Below are positions 12,861 to 25,249 of a DNA stretch of 47,774 nucleotides, in pieces. Location of the stretch: positions 3,765,145 through 3,812,918 of the forward strand of contig NC_057719.1 of assembly GCF_004010195.1 (NCBI RefSeq), written 5' to 3'. The first letter of the stretch is position 1, and each line of letters begins with the position of its first letter. The notes beneath the pieces were generated by a model that saw nothing but the letters and a program-made list of their open reading frames with translations, made no database searches and was not told the origin of the DNA. Source of the DNA: Chiloscyllium plagiosum (taxonomy: Eukaryota). The translations under genes and the position numbers were made by a program.

Positions 12861-13050
12861 TCATACAGGGCTGATGGACAAATATCCGAAGATAAATCCC
12901 CCCTAACCTGCACTGCCAGTAGGAAGCTGCATTTAACAGAAAGTTTGAAAAGGTTTAGAATGCATAAATTATGACATATATAAGACCTCAAAAGCATTTA
13001 GGAAGTGGGGCTCATTGCTTCACCACGTATTGCAGAAAAACCTTACGCAC

Positions 13051-13198
13051 ACTTTGAATACTTTCTCGAGATTCCCACTCTCAAATCGAGACTCAAATAT
13101 CAGTGTGTTGTTTTGATCACTGACATTAATGGATGCCTGTTTCAGGGGCTTGGAACTGCCACTCACTCGGGAAAAGGTGAAGCAGGGTTCCATATAAG
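13051..13198 (-). CDS. AGBL3: AGBL3 coding exon (148 bp) with the FESGNL motif
   Basis: Acceptor tttgtcttgcag|CT. Translates (A)YMEPCFTFSRVSGSSKPLKQASINVSDQNNTLIFESRFESGNLEKVFK(V). Donor GT|GTGCGT gives the phase 2 needed for the 5542 exon. Not in the supplied ORF track. Confidence 0.93.
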
Positions 13199-13494
13199 CT
13201 GCAAGACAAATGCATCACAAGCTTTATTTCCAATACTTCCAGTTTTGACATGCAAAAGTCAATCATGTAATCTCAGGTTTACGGTGGGCAGTATTACAGT
13301 GTGGAAGCACATATTGAAAACCTCCACATCTGTAACTGTGGTCTTCTATCCATCACAGATAGAAAATGGTGGAATTGCATGATCATTGTTCCTTGACATG
13401 AATACCTCCAATCCCCTCTCACCTGTAACAGGCAATGTTCAGCAATGGGAATGTAAAATTTATTCTGAATCATCCAGTGTGGTTAGAGGGTTCC

Positions 13495-13885
13495 AAGGCG
13501 GTCCCAAATCGTCCACGTTGGAACGCTCCCTCCAAACACACTGGATCAATCTGGATTTCACCAGTTTCCTCATTTCCCCTCTCCCCACCTTATCCCAGAT
13601 CCAACCTTCCAACTCAGCATCACCCGCTTGACCTGTCCCACCTGTCCATCTTCCTTCCTACCTATCCACTCCACCCTCCTCTCCGACCTATCACCATTAT
13701 CCCCACCTCCATCTATCACACTCTCAGCTACCTTCCCCCCAGCCCCAACCCTCCTCCCATTTATCTCTCAGTCTCCTTCAGCCACCCCCTCATTCCTGAT
13801 GAAGGGCTTATGCTCGAAACATCAACTCTCCTGCTCCTTGGATGCTGCCTGACCGGCTGTGCTTTTCCAGCACCACACTCATTCC
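13495..13885 (+). mobile_element. Penelope-like 3' end/pLTR
   Basis: C-rich tract followed by cctgatgaagggcttatgctcgaaacatc...gctgcctgacc...ttttccagcaccacactc. Confidence 0.8.
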
Positions 13886-14295
13886 ACACATTGTGCCTGG
13901 ATGAGCTATCCAGTTAGTTCCAATCCCTTCCTCTTGCCCCAAAACACTGCAAACATTTTCCTTTTAAATATTCATTCAAATGGATTTTAAAAACTACTAT
14001 TGAATCTATTTTCACCAGCTTTTCAAGGTGTGTCTTGAGCTCATAATTTTTCTGTGATTAATTTCCTCCTCCATGAAACTGAGAATTAGAGAAAACACTC
14101 TGTTCCAATCCTATATATCCATGTTCATGGAAAACAGTGAAACCCGTGACAAATTACTGGAGAAATCAAAAAATACTTGCCTTTTATTTAAACAGTTAAG
14201 AATCTAAAGATAGCTCCTTATAAATAATGCAGAGAAATCTGCTTTCTATTTAACACTTCTATTTTGTGCAGACTATACAGTACATCTCTAATTAC

Positions 14296-14403
14296 CTTTA
14301 CTGGTACTATAAACCACTTCACACTCTTCTGGGTTTATATAGATTGGTGCTTGCTCCAACCCTGTTGCTCTGTACAGAGGTTCTGGGCCTATTGAAACAC
14401 CCA
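14296..14403 (-). CDS. AGBL3: AGBL3 coding exon (108 bp)
   Basis: Acceptor ctctatttttacag|TG and donor AAG|GTAATT. (V)GVSIGPEPLYRATGLEQAPIYINPEECEVVYSTSK resembles human PEPVYIPTGLE...VVY. Phase 1-1 fits both neighbours. Confidence 0.9.
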
Positions 14404-15059
14404 CTGTAAAAATAGAGAACAGTTGAGAATTGTTGCAAAGTCCTGCACTGTATTCTGTACAAGAAAGATGGCACATGTAGAAAGGTTATGGCGCAGAAAG
14501 AAACAATTCAATTTGTCACGTCTATCCATGCTGGCCAAATGTAAAAACGAGCCAGCCATTCACTACCTTCCAGCTCCTGGTTTGTAGCCAAGTAGGTTAA
14601 AGTACTTCAGGTATGGATCCAGGTACCTTCAAATGAAGTCAGGGTTTTGCGATGAGATATAGAACATAACTAGAAACAAAGAGACATTAAACACCCAGCT
14701 ACTTCTCAGTCTATTCCCCTAAATCATCAATTTGCAACAATACATATCCAGAGATAGAAGCCTTCTATATTAAATATCAAACAGTAATGCAACATCTACA
14801 TAAATATCATGGACAAAGATTTTCTCCAGCCTATATATACAGATTAACTCATGGTTCTGTAATAGCCTCCAAATAAATAGTTTTTTGGACAATAAAACAC
14901 TAAGCTATTGAACCTTTTAAGCATCTGTGTTATACCTAATCTGTTTGCTGATGAGTCACCCTATGGTCTATATGCCCTTGCTGGTTATGATTTGGGCAAA
15001 ACAAAACCTTTCACTATACTTAGATACATGTGACTATAATAAATCAAATCAAATCAACT

Positions 15060-16830
15060 TCTCAATTTTTAATTTCTGATTCATTCTCCAATTGCAATGT
15101 TTCTGTTGCATTCCCTATTTCTTTCACTATTGTAAATATACTTTTCTCCTGACTAGCATCTCTGTCATAATATCTCTTCAACACATTAACAGAATGCACT
15201 AGCTGATTCCTTCTCAGTACTCACAACGTAGATTACTCCTTCTAGCTTCTTTTTGATTTGCTAAGGCCAGTGAATCATGCTTTTGATGGCTCCTGAGAGG
15301 CAGGTAACAATACTAGCTGCTTGCATTCAGCAACAAGATGCTGAACTTGGACCTTTTCTATCTGCTGTAGTTTTGATGGAGCACTCTTCCAACTCTTTTT
15401 GGCTACCTCAGATACTTTGACCAGTTTCTCTTGGAAGCCTAAAGCATAGGCTAAAAGTTCTAAGCCCTGGTTTATCAATTTTTCTTTAATCAGTTTAAAT
15501 GGACCTCTCACTTCATATCTATATAGCAGTTAAAAAAGACTGAATCCTGTGTACTCATTAGGGGCATCCCTAATAGTAAACAGTGACAAAGGAATTCCTA
15601 TCTCCCCAGTCCTTAGGACATTCTTGGTAAGAATTTCTAATCGTGTTCTTCAAAGGTTTGATGCCCTCTTCCCAATGCACCTTGAGATTGTCAGTGATGA
15701 GGAAAAGATGTGCATTGTTTTATTTCCAAACCAGTCATAATTTGTATTGAACATTTGCATTATTAAATTTGATAATTGAATCCAGTTGTATTTCATTGGA
15801 TAGTCACCATCTTGTAAAAATTTGAACTTTTTTTCCACTAACATTTTTGTAGCAATTTTTTCCGAAAGGTCCAACCTCAGGAAATTTTATGGAAAGATAT
15901 AGAATCATTAAAAGACATTGATTGCCATTCCTGGTTTTGTGTAGGAGTCCTACACAATCTACTCAGATACTGCTAACCAGGTCTTCAACAGCTGGCACCC
16001 TGAGGAAAGATACAGATTAAATTGATAATTGGGGTTTCCCCACTACCTGATATGTATGAAATGTCTGGAAAGATTGACCACATCTTTATGTCATTGTGTT
16101 AATAAACATTTCGTTAGTATTTTTTACTTGTGTTCACATAATACTTTCAGGGACCTGCCTTTAAAAGTTTGTGAGTCACTCATAAACATTATTATGATAC
16201 TCAGATTGAATTCTTGGGCCACTGCCCATTTAATGTGCTGTCCATTTCTTTATTAGTACTTTGGCTTACAATTAGTACATGCAGATTTTTAAAAAATCAA
16301 TTTCTGATAGACTGGTTGTTATAACTCTTTCAATTTAAGGTCCATTTGTTATATTTTTGTTAAAGACCAGGGGCTAAACATTAGCCTTATTCTCTTCACT
16401 TCCATTCTTTTCATTTATATATTCAATAATTGAATCTGATAGATTAATTTCTAAAGATCTCCCTGTTTTATAGACTCCTCTTCTTCTAGTCTATGATTAT
16501 GGGCTTAAGATCCAGTCATGACACAGTCAGGAAACAGTCTGGGATGTTCCTCCTGCAGTATCTCAATATCTTTTACCTTGTTGTTTCACCACTTTTGGTG
16601 AAACTAATATTCTCAAGCCTGCCAGATCACTTTCTAAACAAAAATTAATTCCCACTACAGGAATTTATTTTACTAATCCCAGCACAACTTTGTCATTTAC
16701 TGGGTCACTCCTTTAATCCCACTCGATAGTGAGACTGATTAGAGTCTCCATATATACTTCCAATTAATATTTTCTCTTTTATTAACCGTTGTAGAAGACA
16801 AATAGTATCATCAGCCAGCATTAGTGACAC
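15060..16830 (-). mobile_element. Highly decayed Gypsy LTR-retrotransposon internal region (integrase remnants)
   Basis: Minus strand gives ...LLYRYEVRGPFKLIKEKL, and a frameshifted HPQSQGALER-like segment lies at ~15660-15705. Confidence 0.6.
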
Positions 16831-17128
16831 TTGCTCCATTGTCTCTCAACATCATTATTGGTTTACTTACGACAACAAGTCAGGAGTGTAACAGAATCGT
16901 GCCCACTCCCCTGGATGGGTGCAGCTCCAACAACACTCAAGAAGCTTGATACCATCCAGGATGAAGCAGCCCACCTGATTAGCATCATATTCACAGGAAT
17001 CCACACCTGCCACAACCAATGCTCAGTAGCAGCGGCATGTACCATCTACAGGATGTACTGTAGAAATTCACCAAAGATAATACCTTTCAAACTCATGACC
17101 ACTTCAATTTAGAAGAACCAAGTCCATA

Positions 17129-18780
17129 GTGTTATGGACAAGGCCAGACACCCTCAAAATATCTCAAGAAGGTAGCCTAGACCCTAATTTATTCATATTT
17201 TAAAGGTAGATGTGGCTGGATATTGCAGGTGTGACGGAGCTGGTCAAACCACTCAGCTTTAAGCAAAACAGAGTTTATTTAATCATTGCAGTTGAAACGC
17301 AAACAAAAGAAAACAGAATGTAGAATAACTTCACTATTTGGTACCACAACTTCACTGGGGAGCTGTTCCAATTCCCGGAACATCCCATAAACACACCTCT
17401 TGGCAAAAGATAAATTCAAACACAGGTCCTAGTCAAGATGCCTCACAGGAGGCTACTGAGTAAGATAAGGGTCCATGGTGTCAGAGGCAAGGTGTTAGTA
17501 TTGATAGAAGCTTGGCTGTCCAGCAGAAGGCAGAAAGTGGGGATAAAAGGGTCCTTCTCAGAATGGCAGCCGATGACAAGCGGTGTTCTGTAAGGGTTGG
17601 TGTTGGGACCACAACTTTTCACTTTATACATTAACGATCTAGATGAAGGAACTGAGGGCATTCTGGCAATGTTTGCAGATGATACAAAGATAGGTGGAGG
17701 GGCAGGTGGCATTGAGGAGGCAGGGAGGCTGTAGAAGGATTTGGACAGGTTAGGAGAGTGGGCAAAGAAGTGGTGGATGGAGTACAACGTGGGAAAGTGT
17801 GAAGGCAGCACTTTGGTAGGAAGAATAGAGGCATGGAGTATTTTCTAAATGGGAAGAAAGTTCAGAAGTCTGGTGCAAAAGAATTTGGAGTTCTAGTCCA
17901 GGATTCTCTCAAGGTAAACTTGCAGATTAAGTCAATAGTTAGGAAGGCAAATGCAGTGACGGCATTTGTTTTGAGATGACTTGAATATAAAAGCAGGGAT
18001 GTACTTCTGAGGCTTGATAAGGCTCTAGTCAGGCCATATTTGGAATATTGTGCACAGTTTTGGGTCCCATATCTCAGGATGGATTTATTGGCCCTGGAGC
18101 GTGTTCAGAGGAGGTTCATGAGAACGGTCCCAGGAATGAAAAGCTTAACACATGAGGAACGTTTGAGGACTCTGGGACTATACTCAATGTGGTTTAAAAG
18201 GATGCGGGGGGGGGATCTAATTGAACTTCCAAAATACTGAATGGCCTGGATAGAGTAGATGTTGGGAAGATGTTTCCATTGGTAGGAGAGACTAGGACCC
18301 GAGGGCATAGCCTTAGTAAAGGGAAGATCCTTTAGAACAGAGATAAGGAGAAACTTCTTCAGCCAGACAGTGGTGAATCTATGGAATTCATTGCCACAGA
18401 AGGCTGTGGAGACCAGGTCATTGAGTGTATTTAAGACTGAGATAGATAGTTTCTTGAGTATCAAGGGGATCAAGAGTTATGGGGAGAGACCAGGAGAATG
18501 GGGTTGAGAAACTTATCAACCATGATTAAATGGTGGAGTAGACTCAATGGGCTGAATGGTCTAATTTATGTTCCTATGTCTTATGGTCCTAGGTTCTTAC
18601 AGGCAGGAGAGATTTCAGAGACAGAAGTCAATCAAGAATCATCTGCTGAAGCTTGGAACATTTTTACACTGTAGCAGTTTCTGACTGCCTGCTATGAGCA
18701 GCTTCTCTACCACAACTAAACCAAACTAGAAAAAAAACCTGAACTGGGAGAACTGGCCACTCCCGTGCTATTGTTAAAGT
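17129..18780. mobile_element. LTR-like element split by a CR1 insertion; second partial copy at ~23985-24240
   Basis: Both copies start TGTTA.GGAC.AGGCCAG..CCCTCAAAA and align for ~230 bp. Adjacent to the Gypsy remnants. Confidence 0.55.
17440..18590 (+). mobile_element. CR1 LINE 3' portion
   Basis: RT motifs FADDTKIGG and EYCAQFWVPYLRMDLLALERVQRRF, plus 3'UTR with tatg tail. Confidence 0.88.
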
Positions 18781-18803
18781 ATGATGTGGAGGTGTCGATG
18801 TTA

Positions 18804-19665
18804 TAGAGTCATAGAGTCATAGAGATGTACAGCACAGAAATAGACCCTTCAGTCCCATCCATCCATGCTAACCAGATATCCCAACCCAATCTAGTCCCAC
18901 CTGCCAGCACCTGACCCATATCTCTCCAAACCCTTCCTATTCATATACCCATCCAAATGCCTTTTAAATGTTGCAATTGTATCAGCCTCCACCACTCCCT
19001 CTGGCAGCTCATTCCATACACGTACCACCGTCTGCATAAAAAGTTGCCGCGTAGGTCTGTTTTATATCTTTCCCCTCTCACCCTAAGCCTATGCCCTCTA
19101 GTTCTGGATTCCCCCACCCCAGTGAAAAGACTTTGTCTATTTATTCTATATATGCCCCTCATAATTTTGTAAACCTCTATAAGGTCACCCCTCAACCTCC
19201 GACGCTCCAGGGAAAACAGTCCCAGCCTATTCAGCCTCTCCCTATAGATCAAATCTTCCAACCCTGGCAATATCCTTGTAAATCTTTTCTGAACCCTTTC
19301 AACTTTCACAACATCTTTCCGATTAGAAGGAGACCAGAATTGCACGCAATATACCAACAGTGGCTTAACCAATGTCCTACATAGCCTCCCTATATATGTC
19401 CTATATATTACAAAGGTGTATAGGACCTGCTGTCCCATGTGTCTCAATCCAAATTCAGATTTGTGCTTTTGTCGTCACCACCTTTGATTTTTGCTGGTTG
19501 TATTCAGGATTGGAGTTGAAAGACACTGTAGATACCACATGACCTCCTAACTCCTGTACTCAATACTCTGACCAATAAAGGAAAGCGTACCAAACGCCTT
19601 CTTCACTATCCTATCCACCTGCGACTCCACTTTCAAGGAGCTATGAACCTGCACTCCAAGGTCTC
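18804..19665 (-). mobile_element. CR1 LINE 3' portion containing a foreign templated insert (19379-19540)
   Basis: VERVQKRFTRILPGLE..RRLRGDLIEVYKI and an (atagagtc)n tail. Collinear with 6560-7190 except for the insert. Confidence 0.9.
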
Positions 19666-20167
19666 TTAAATCACACAACACCAGGTTATGGTCTAAGAGG
19701 TTACAAATGAACCTGTTGGACCATAACCTAGTGTTGTATGATTTTTATACTTTTTTTAAGTCAGGTGTTTCCTGAGTTGCCCTAAAACTTTTGATCTCTG
19801 AGTTTCTTAACCTAAAGTCAATTTTAATTATCCTGAACCAAAAGCAAGCCAATGGCCTACAATGTTTACCTTTACTACCTCAGTGCAAACAATCTTCTTT
19901 TAACACTCCAGGGGTCCCTGCTGTCCGACACTTACTGGATCAGGTCACCTTTCCAGAAAGACTGTCTCTCTAGTTACTTTTTTTTTCCAAACCCTTCAGA
20001 AAATATTCAACCATGTAAATTACTATTTTAAAATCCTGACCCAAAAAATGATATATGTGTGTGCGTGTGTCTGTGTGTGTGTGTAGAGAGAGAGATAGAG
20101 AGACACACCATTCACCATAACAACATTCAATATCCAACACGTTCCCTGGTCTGTAGCCAGAACTCAC

Positions 20168-20344
20168 CAATGTGCCTAATGCGTTCTTTGATGACCTCAC
20201 ACTCCTGTGGCCAACAGGGCAATTGGTGATTGGTTGAAAGGCCATAGAGGTCCCATGGTTCACACAAACGATGGACAAGCCCTCCAAAACTGTCCTCAAT
20301 CACAATCTGAGTTGTACGGGGTAAAAGAGGCTTTCGTTGACACC
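20168..20344 (-). CDS. AGBL3: AGBL3 coding exon (177 bp)
   Basis: Acceptor ttcttcccattttag|GG and donor TTG|GTGAGT. CQRKPLLPRTTQIVIEDSFGGLVHRLCEPWDLYGLSTNHQLPCWPQECEVIKERIRHI resembles human AGBL3 PRTTQI...RLREPRDLYG...RWPYHCEVIDEKVQHI. Phase 1-1. Confidence 0.92.
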
Positions 20345-20959
20345 CTAAAATGGGAAGAAAAGGGGAGAGGAATGGTAAAAGATTCTTTTTCCCTTAACAA
20401 AGTTTAAATATAAATTGCTCCAGCTAAGTAAATCACATCAGAAGTGGATAGCGCAGGATTGTATTCAGCCCAATCCCTTGCACATTAGCACCAGGAAAGC
20501 ATGGCCTTCTAATTCTACAATCAAATCACTCTATCCATTTCCTGGTGCCCAATGGCATCAAAATTAACATTTACAATCATCACAGAGTGACACTAAGAAC
20601 ATTAGAAATTGCTGGAGAAACTCTGTAGGTCTAGTAGTATCTGTGGAGAGAAAGAACTATGAAAAAGGATTATAGACCTGCTGAGTTTCTCCAGCAATTG
20701 CTGTTTTTATTTTAGATCCCCAGCACCTGCAGTTCTTTGATTTATTATAGTGTCACTCCACTTGTGTTTGCAACATGGAAAGCAGTTACCACGGCTACCC
20801 ACTCACAGCCATTAGACAGAAAGTCAGATTTAGATCCACAAGCTACTCCTTAATTCATGTAATATTATTCTTCCAGAATAACAACCCTGATCATTTATCT
20901 TTTAAATGAGTTCAATCCTGAATTACAGCGTTTTTAATAGTAAATGGTTTACTTTTCAC

Positions 20960-21292
20960 TGCCCGGGAAAGGCAGCTCGCATAATCAAAGATCTTCCCCA
21001 TCCCAGTTATAATCTCTTTCCACCCCTTTTCTTGGGCAGAAAATACAAAAAGCTTGAACACAATAGATTCATGAATAGCTTCTTCCCCACTGTTAATAAA
21101 CTTCTGAATGGACTCTTAAATTTTAAATTTTAAGTTAATTGTATTCTTTATGCACTTTCTCTGCAGCTGTAACATGGTATTCCTTGCTCTGTTCTATTGC
21201 CCTAATGCACTTTGTATTGAATGATCTGCCTGTACTGCACGCCAAATGAAACTTTTCACCGTACTTAGGTCCATGTGGCAATAATAATAAAA
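20960..21292 (+). mobile_element. Rex1/Babar-like LINE 3' fragment (related pieces at ~34300-34645 and ~14990-15058)
   Basis: KAARIIKDLPHPSYNLF..LGRKY..RFMNSFFP. Confidence 0.7.
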
Positions 21293-22158
21293 ACTGCTTT
21301 GACCTTTCATTCTCTTGTGTTAGCAAGTACTTTGTGGACATTTTCTCTTTTATTCAGGCTTCCTTTTCATGCCAAGTGCTGAACTATGTGACGAATACAT
21401 CATGGAGAAGGAGTGCCACAGCTATACATGACTCTGTCCTCCTCTGATATCCACACTCACCTACTTCCAACCAGTGGGGCTCGGAATAGCAGGAACCTCC
21501 TTGAACAAGTTTCTTGAGGAATGAAGACAATTAGAAGTAAGGTAAAGCAGAGAAATATTGACTTATTATTCTCACTTTATTTATTGTGTACTTGGCAGTA
21601 GATCATTTTGATCAGAGCAAGGATGAGAATAAGTAGCTTCTGCATAGTGCGTCCTGTGGACATATTGAAAAGAGGTAAAAACAAGGACGGTAGATGCTGG
21701 AAACCAGTTGAAAAGAGCACTGTCATGCAAAGGGTTAAATATGTAAATAGATTAGTCATCAGGAATATAAGATCAGATGACAACCAGAACAATTGGGAAC
21801 TGGATCTATGTAGAGTTCTCATGGAAAGCTATGTTTTGTACACAGTTAGAAGACAGTATTATTAGTAATGCGGTATCTACAGTGTCTTTCAACTCCAATC
21901 CTGAATACAACCAGCAACAATCAAAGGTGGTGACTACAAAAGCACCAATCAGAAATTGGATTGAGACACATTGGACAGCGGGTCCTATACACCTTTGTAA
22001 AGCTGCTCTTCAGTGTCACAGAAACGATAAGTAGTGGTCAGCAAGTGGTGAGCTTTCCCTGGTGAACACGTGAAGGGTTCTTGCTACAGAGTATGCAATA
22101 CTCAGAATAAGAGGCTGCACATATAAGACACAAATGAGGAGAAATTTCATCTCTCGGT

Positions 22159-22198
<40 letters not shown>
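22159..22198. repeat. 40-nt poly-G run inside a CR1 3' fragment (~22090-22410)
   Basis: Uninterrupted G run. Confidence 0.95.
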
Positions 22199-22875
22199 CG
22201 TTGTGAGTCTGTGGACTCCTTTAATGCAGAGGGCTGTTGAGGTTTAGTTATTAAGTATATTCAAGGCTGAGATCGAGAGATTTTTAACCAGGTAGGGAAC
22301 CAAAGTTATGGGGAAAAGGCAGGAAAGTGGAGTTGAGGGTTATCAGATCAGCCACCATTGTTGAATGATGGAGCAGACTCGATGGGCTGAATGGCCTCCT
22401 TCTGCTCTATGCAAAAGTGAGGACTGCAGATGCTGTACCAGAGTTTAGATCAGAATGCTGGAAAAGCACAGCAGGTCAGGTAGCATCTGAGGAGCAAGAA
22501 AATCGATGCCTGGGGCAAAAGCTCTTCATCAGGAATCCTTTTCCAGCACCACTCTACTTCTGCTCTATGTCTTATTTTGTTTATTTGTTTATTACTTTGT
22601 TACCTTGTTTATTCCCAGTTCCAACCTGAGTATGAGTGATACTAGGTGGCGAGGTTGTCTATCTGACATTGGGCAAGGACACTTCAGGGACACTTCATTC
22701 AGCTTTCGCTGCCATTTGACTAGATCAAGGCTAACCTTCAACATTAACAGCTTCTTCCTATACTAATCCCTTTTGTTTATCTCCTCTTGCAGTGCAAACT
22801 TCATCGACAAGGAAAGCATTTCCAGCCAATCCCAAATTACCCTTGAACTAAGTGGCTTACTGAGATATTTCAGGG

Positions 22876-23024
22876 CTGAAAATGTGTTGCTGAAAAAGCG
22901 CAGCAGGTCAGGAAGCATCCAAGGAGCAGGAGAATCGATGTTTCGGGCATGAGCCCTTGGAAACTGGAGAAATCTGAGTTTATCCCTTGTGGTTGGAGGG
23001 TTCCTAGGTGGAAGATGAGGCGCT
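22876..23024 (-). mobile_element. Short PLE pLTR insertion with 16-bp TSD
   Basis: TSD ctgagatatttcaggg at 22860-22875 and 23025-23040. Confidence 0.8.
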
Positions 23025-23586
23025 CTGAGATATTTCAGGGACTGTTAAGAGCTAATCACATCAAACCAGGCAAGGAAAGGAGATTTTCTTCCTTAAAAGA
23101 CATGGTAAATTAGACTTTAAAAAAATTACAATCAATAATAGTTTCACATACACTGTTACCAAGACTAGCTTTTAATTCAAAGTTTTTCTTATTAACCCAT
23201 CAGTTGGCTATGTGGGATTTGAAACTATATATCCTGTGAATGGGCTTAGAATCATAAATAGGTCATTCAGCTCCTCAAGCCTGCTCCATCATTGAATGAG
23301 ATAACGGCTGATCTGTAGCCGAACTCCGTATACCTGCTCTGACCTCATATCCTTTAATGACCTTCGCTTAACAAACATTTATCTCTCTCAGATTTTAAGT
23401 TAACACAATCTAGCATCCTCTGCCATTTCTGGAAGAGAGTTCCAAACATTTACCACCCTTTGAGTATAGAAGTGCTTCCTAACATCTCTGCTGAATGGTC
23501 TGGTCCTAATTCTCAGACTATGCCCCCAAGTTCTAGAATCCAGAGTAAATAATCCATCTTTATGTATCTGGTCTTTTCCTGTTAAT

Positions 23587-23888
23587 ATTAGATTAGATTC
23601 CCTACAGTGTGGATAGGTCCTTCGGCCCAACAAGTCCACACCGACCCTCCAAAGAGTAACCCCGCCAGACTCATTTCCCTCTGACTAATGCACCTAATAC
23701 TATGGGCAATTTAGCACGGCCAATTCACCTGATCTGCACATCTTTTAGAATGTGGGAGGAAACTGGAGCACCCAGAGGAAACCCATGCAGACACAGGGAG
23801 AATGTGCAAACTCCACACAGACAGTCACCCAAGGCAGGAATCAAACCCAGGTCCCTGGCGCTGTGAGGCAGCAGTGCTAATCACTGTG
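23587..23888 (-). mobile_element. HE1-like V-SINE nested in a decayed CR1 (~23250-24850)
   Basis: V-domain and AATCT tail. Confidence 0.87.
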
Positions 23889-24927
23889 AAGACTTCTTTT
23901 ATAGAACAAAGAACAAAACAGCACAGGAACAGGCCCTTTGGTCCTCCAGGCCTGTGCCTTTCCAAACTAAAACTGTCTTCACTTTGTTAAGGACCAGGCC
24001 AGGCCCCCTCAAAACATTTCAAGAAAGTAGCCCAGACCCTTACTTTGCTGGTTGTGTTAAGCAGGTGTAGAGTGGATATTCCAGGAGAGAATAGCTGGTC
24101 AACCACTTTGTTTTAAACAAAACAGAATTTATTTCTAAGATTACCAAATGAAACACAAACAAAAGAGAACAGATTAACTTAACCTGTCTGAAAACCCAAC
24201 AGATTTCACCAACTCAATGATACTTTTTCAAACACCTGTATCTGTTAGCTACAATCTAATTGGCCCTAAAACCCTTCAAACTTAGACTTTGATGAGATCA
24301 CTCCTTAAGATTCTAAATTATAGAGAAAACAAGCATAAAGTGCATAATCTTTCCTCATAATGGAAGCCCTGAAATGTAGGCATCATTCTTGTAAATCTAC
24401 GTTGTATTCACTCAAGGCCAATATTATCCTTCCTAAGGTTTGGTGCCCATATCTACTCACAGTACTCCAGTGGGGACGAACCGGGGTTATGTATAATCAC
24501 AGAATAACTTCTGCAGCTTTGCACTCCAGTTCTCTCAATATAAATAGCAGCTTGCCATTTGCTTTCTTGATTATTTTCTGCACCTGATCATGGCATTTTA
24601 AAGATCTATGTACCTGAACCCCAAGTCTCTTTGGACAACCATTGTATTTAACGTCATACCATCTAGAAAGTACTCTGATCTATCCTTTTTCAGTCCAAAA
24701 GAGATAACCTGACTCTTCCTGCCATTGAACTCTACCTCCCACAGTTTTGACCATTCACTTAGTCTATCAATATCCCTTTGTAATTTTATGCTATCATCTA
24801 CACTGTCTACAATGTCACCTAACTTTGGATATATGACTTTCTCTACAATAATTCAAGTTGTTATTAAATAATGACTTCTAGATTATTAGACCAGTGACAT
24901 TACTGCTATGGCACTATCTTCCCAATT

Positions 24928-25249
24928 GGAGCAGCACGGTGGGCTCAGTGGTTAGCACTGCTGCCTCACAGCGCCAGCGACCCAGGTTTGATTTCTGTCT
25001 TGGGCAACTGTCTGTGTGGAGTTTGCACATTCTCCCTGTGTCTGCGGGTTTCCTCCCACAGTCCAAAGATGTGCAGGTTAGGGTGAATTAGCCATGCTAA
25101 ATTACCCATGGTGTTAAGTGCATTAGTCAGGGGTAAATATAGGGAAGGGGAATGGGTCTGGGTGGGTTACTCATCAGAGGGTCGGTGTGGACTTGTTGGG
25201 CCGAAGGGCCTGTTTACACACTGTATTTCCACACTGTATCTAATCTAAT
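24928..25249 (+). mobile_element. HE1-like V-SINE
   Basis: tRNA-like head, V-domain and tail. Confidence 0.87.

Noticed and set aside
13005..13382. 125-aa plus-strand ORF
   Set aside because: Antisense to the FESGNL exon, GTG start, no recognisable domain.
20056..20107. (TG)n(AG)n microsatellite near the 20168 donor
   Set aside because: Short, imperfect and ordinary.
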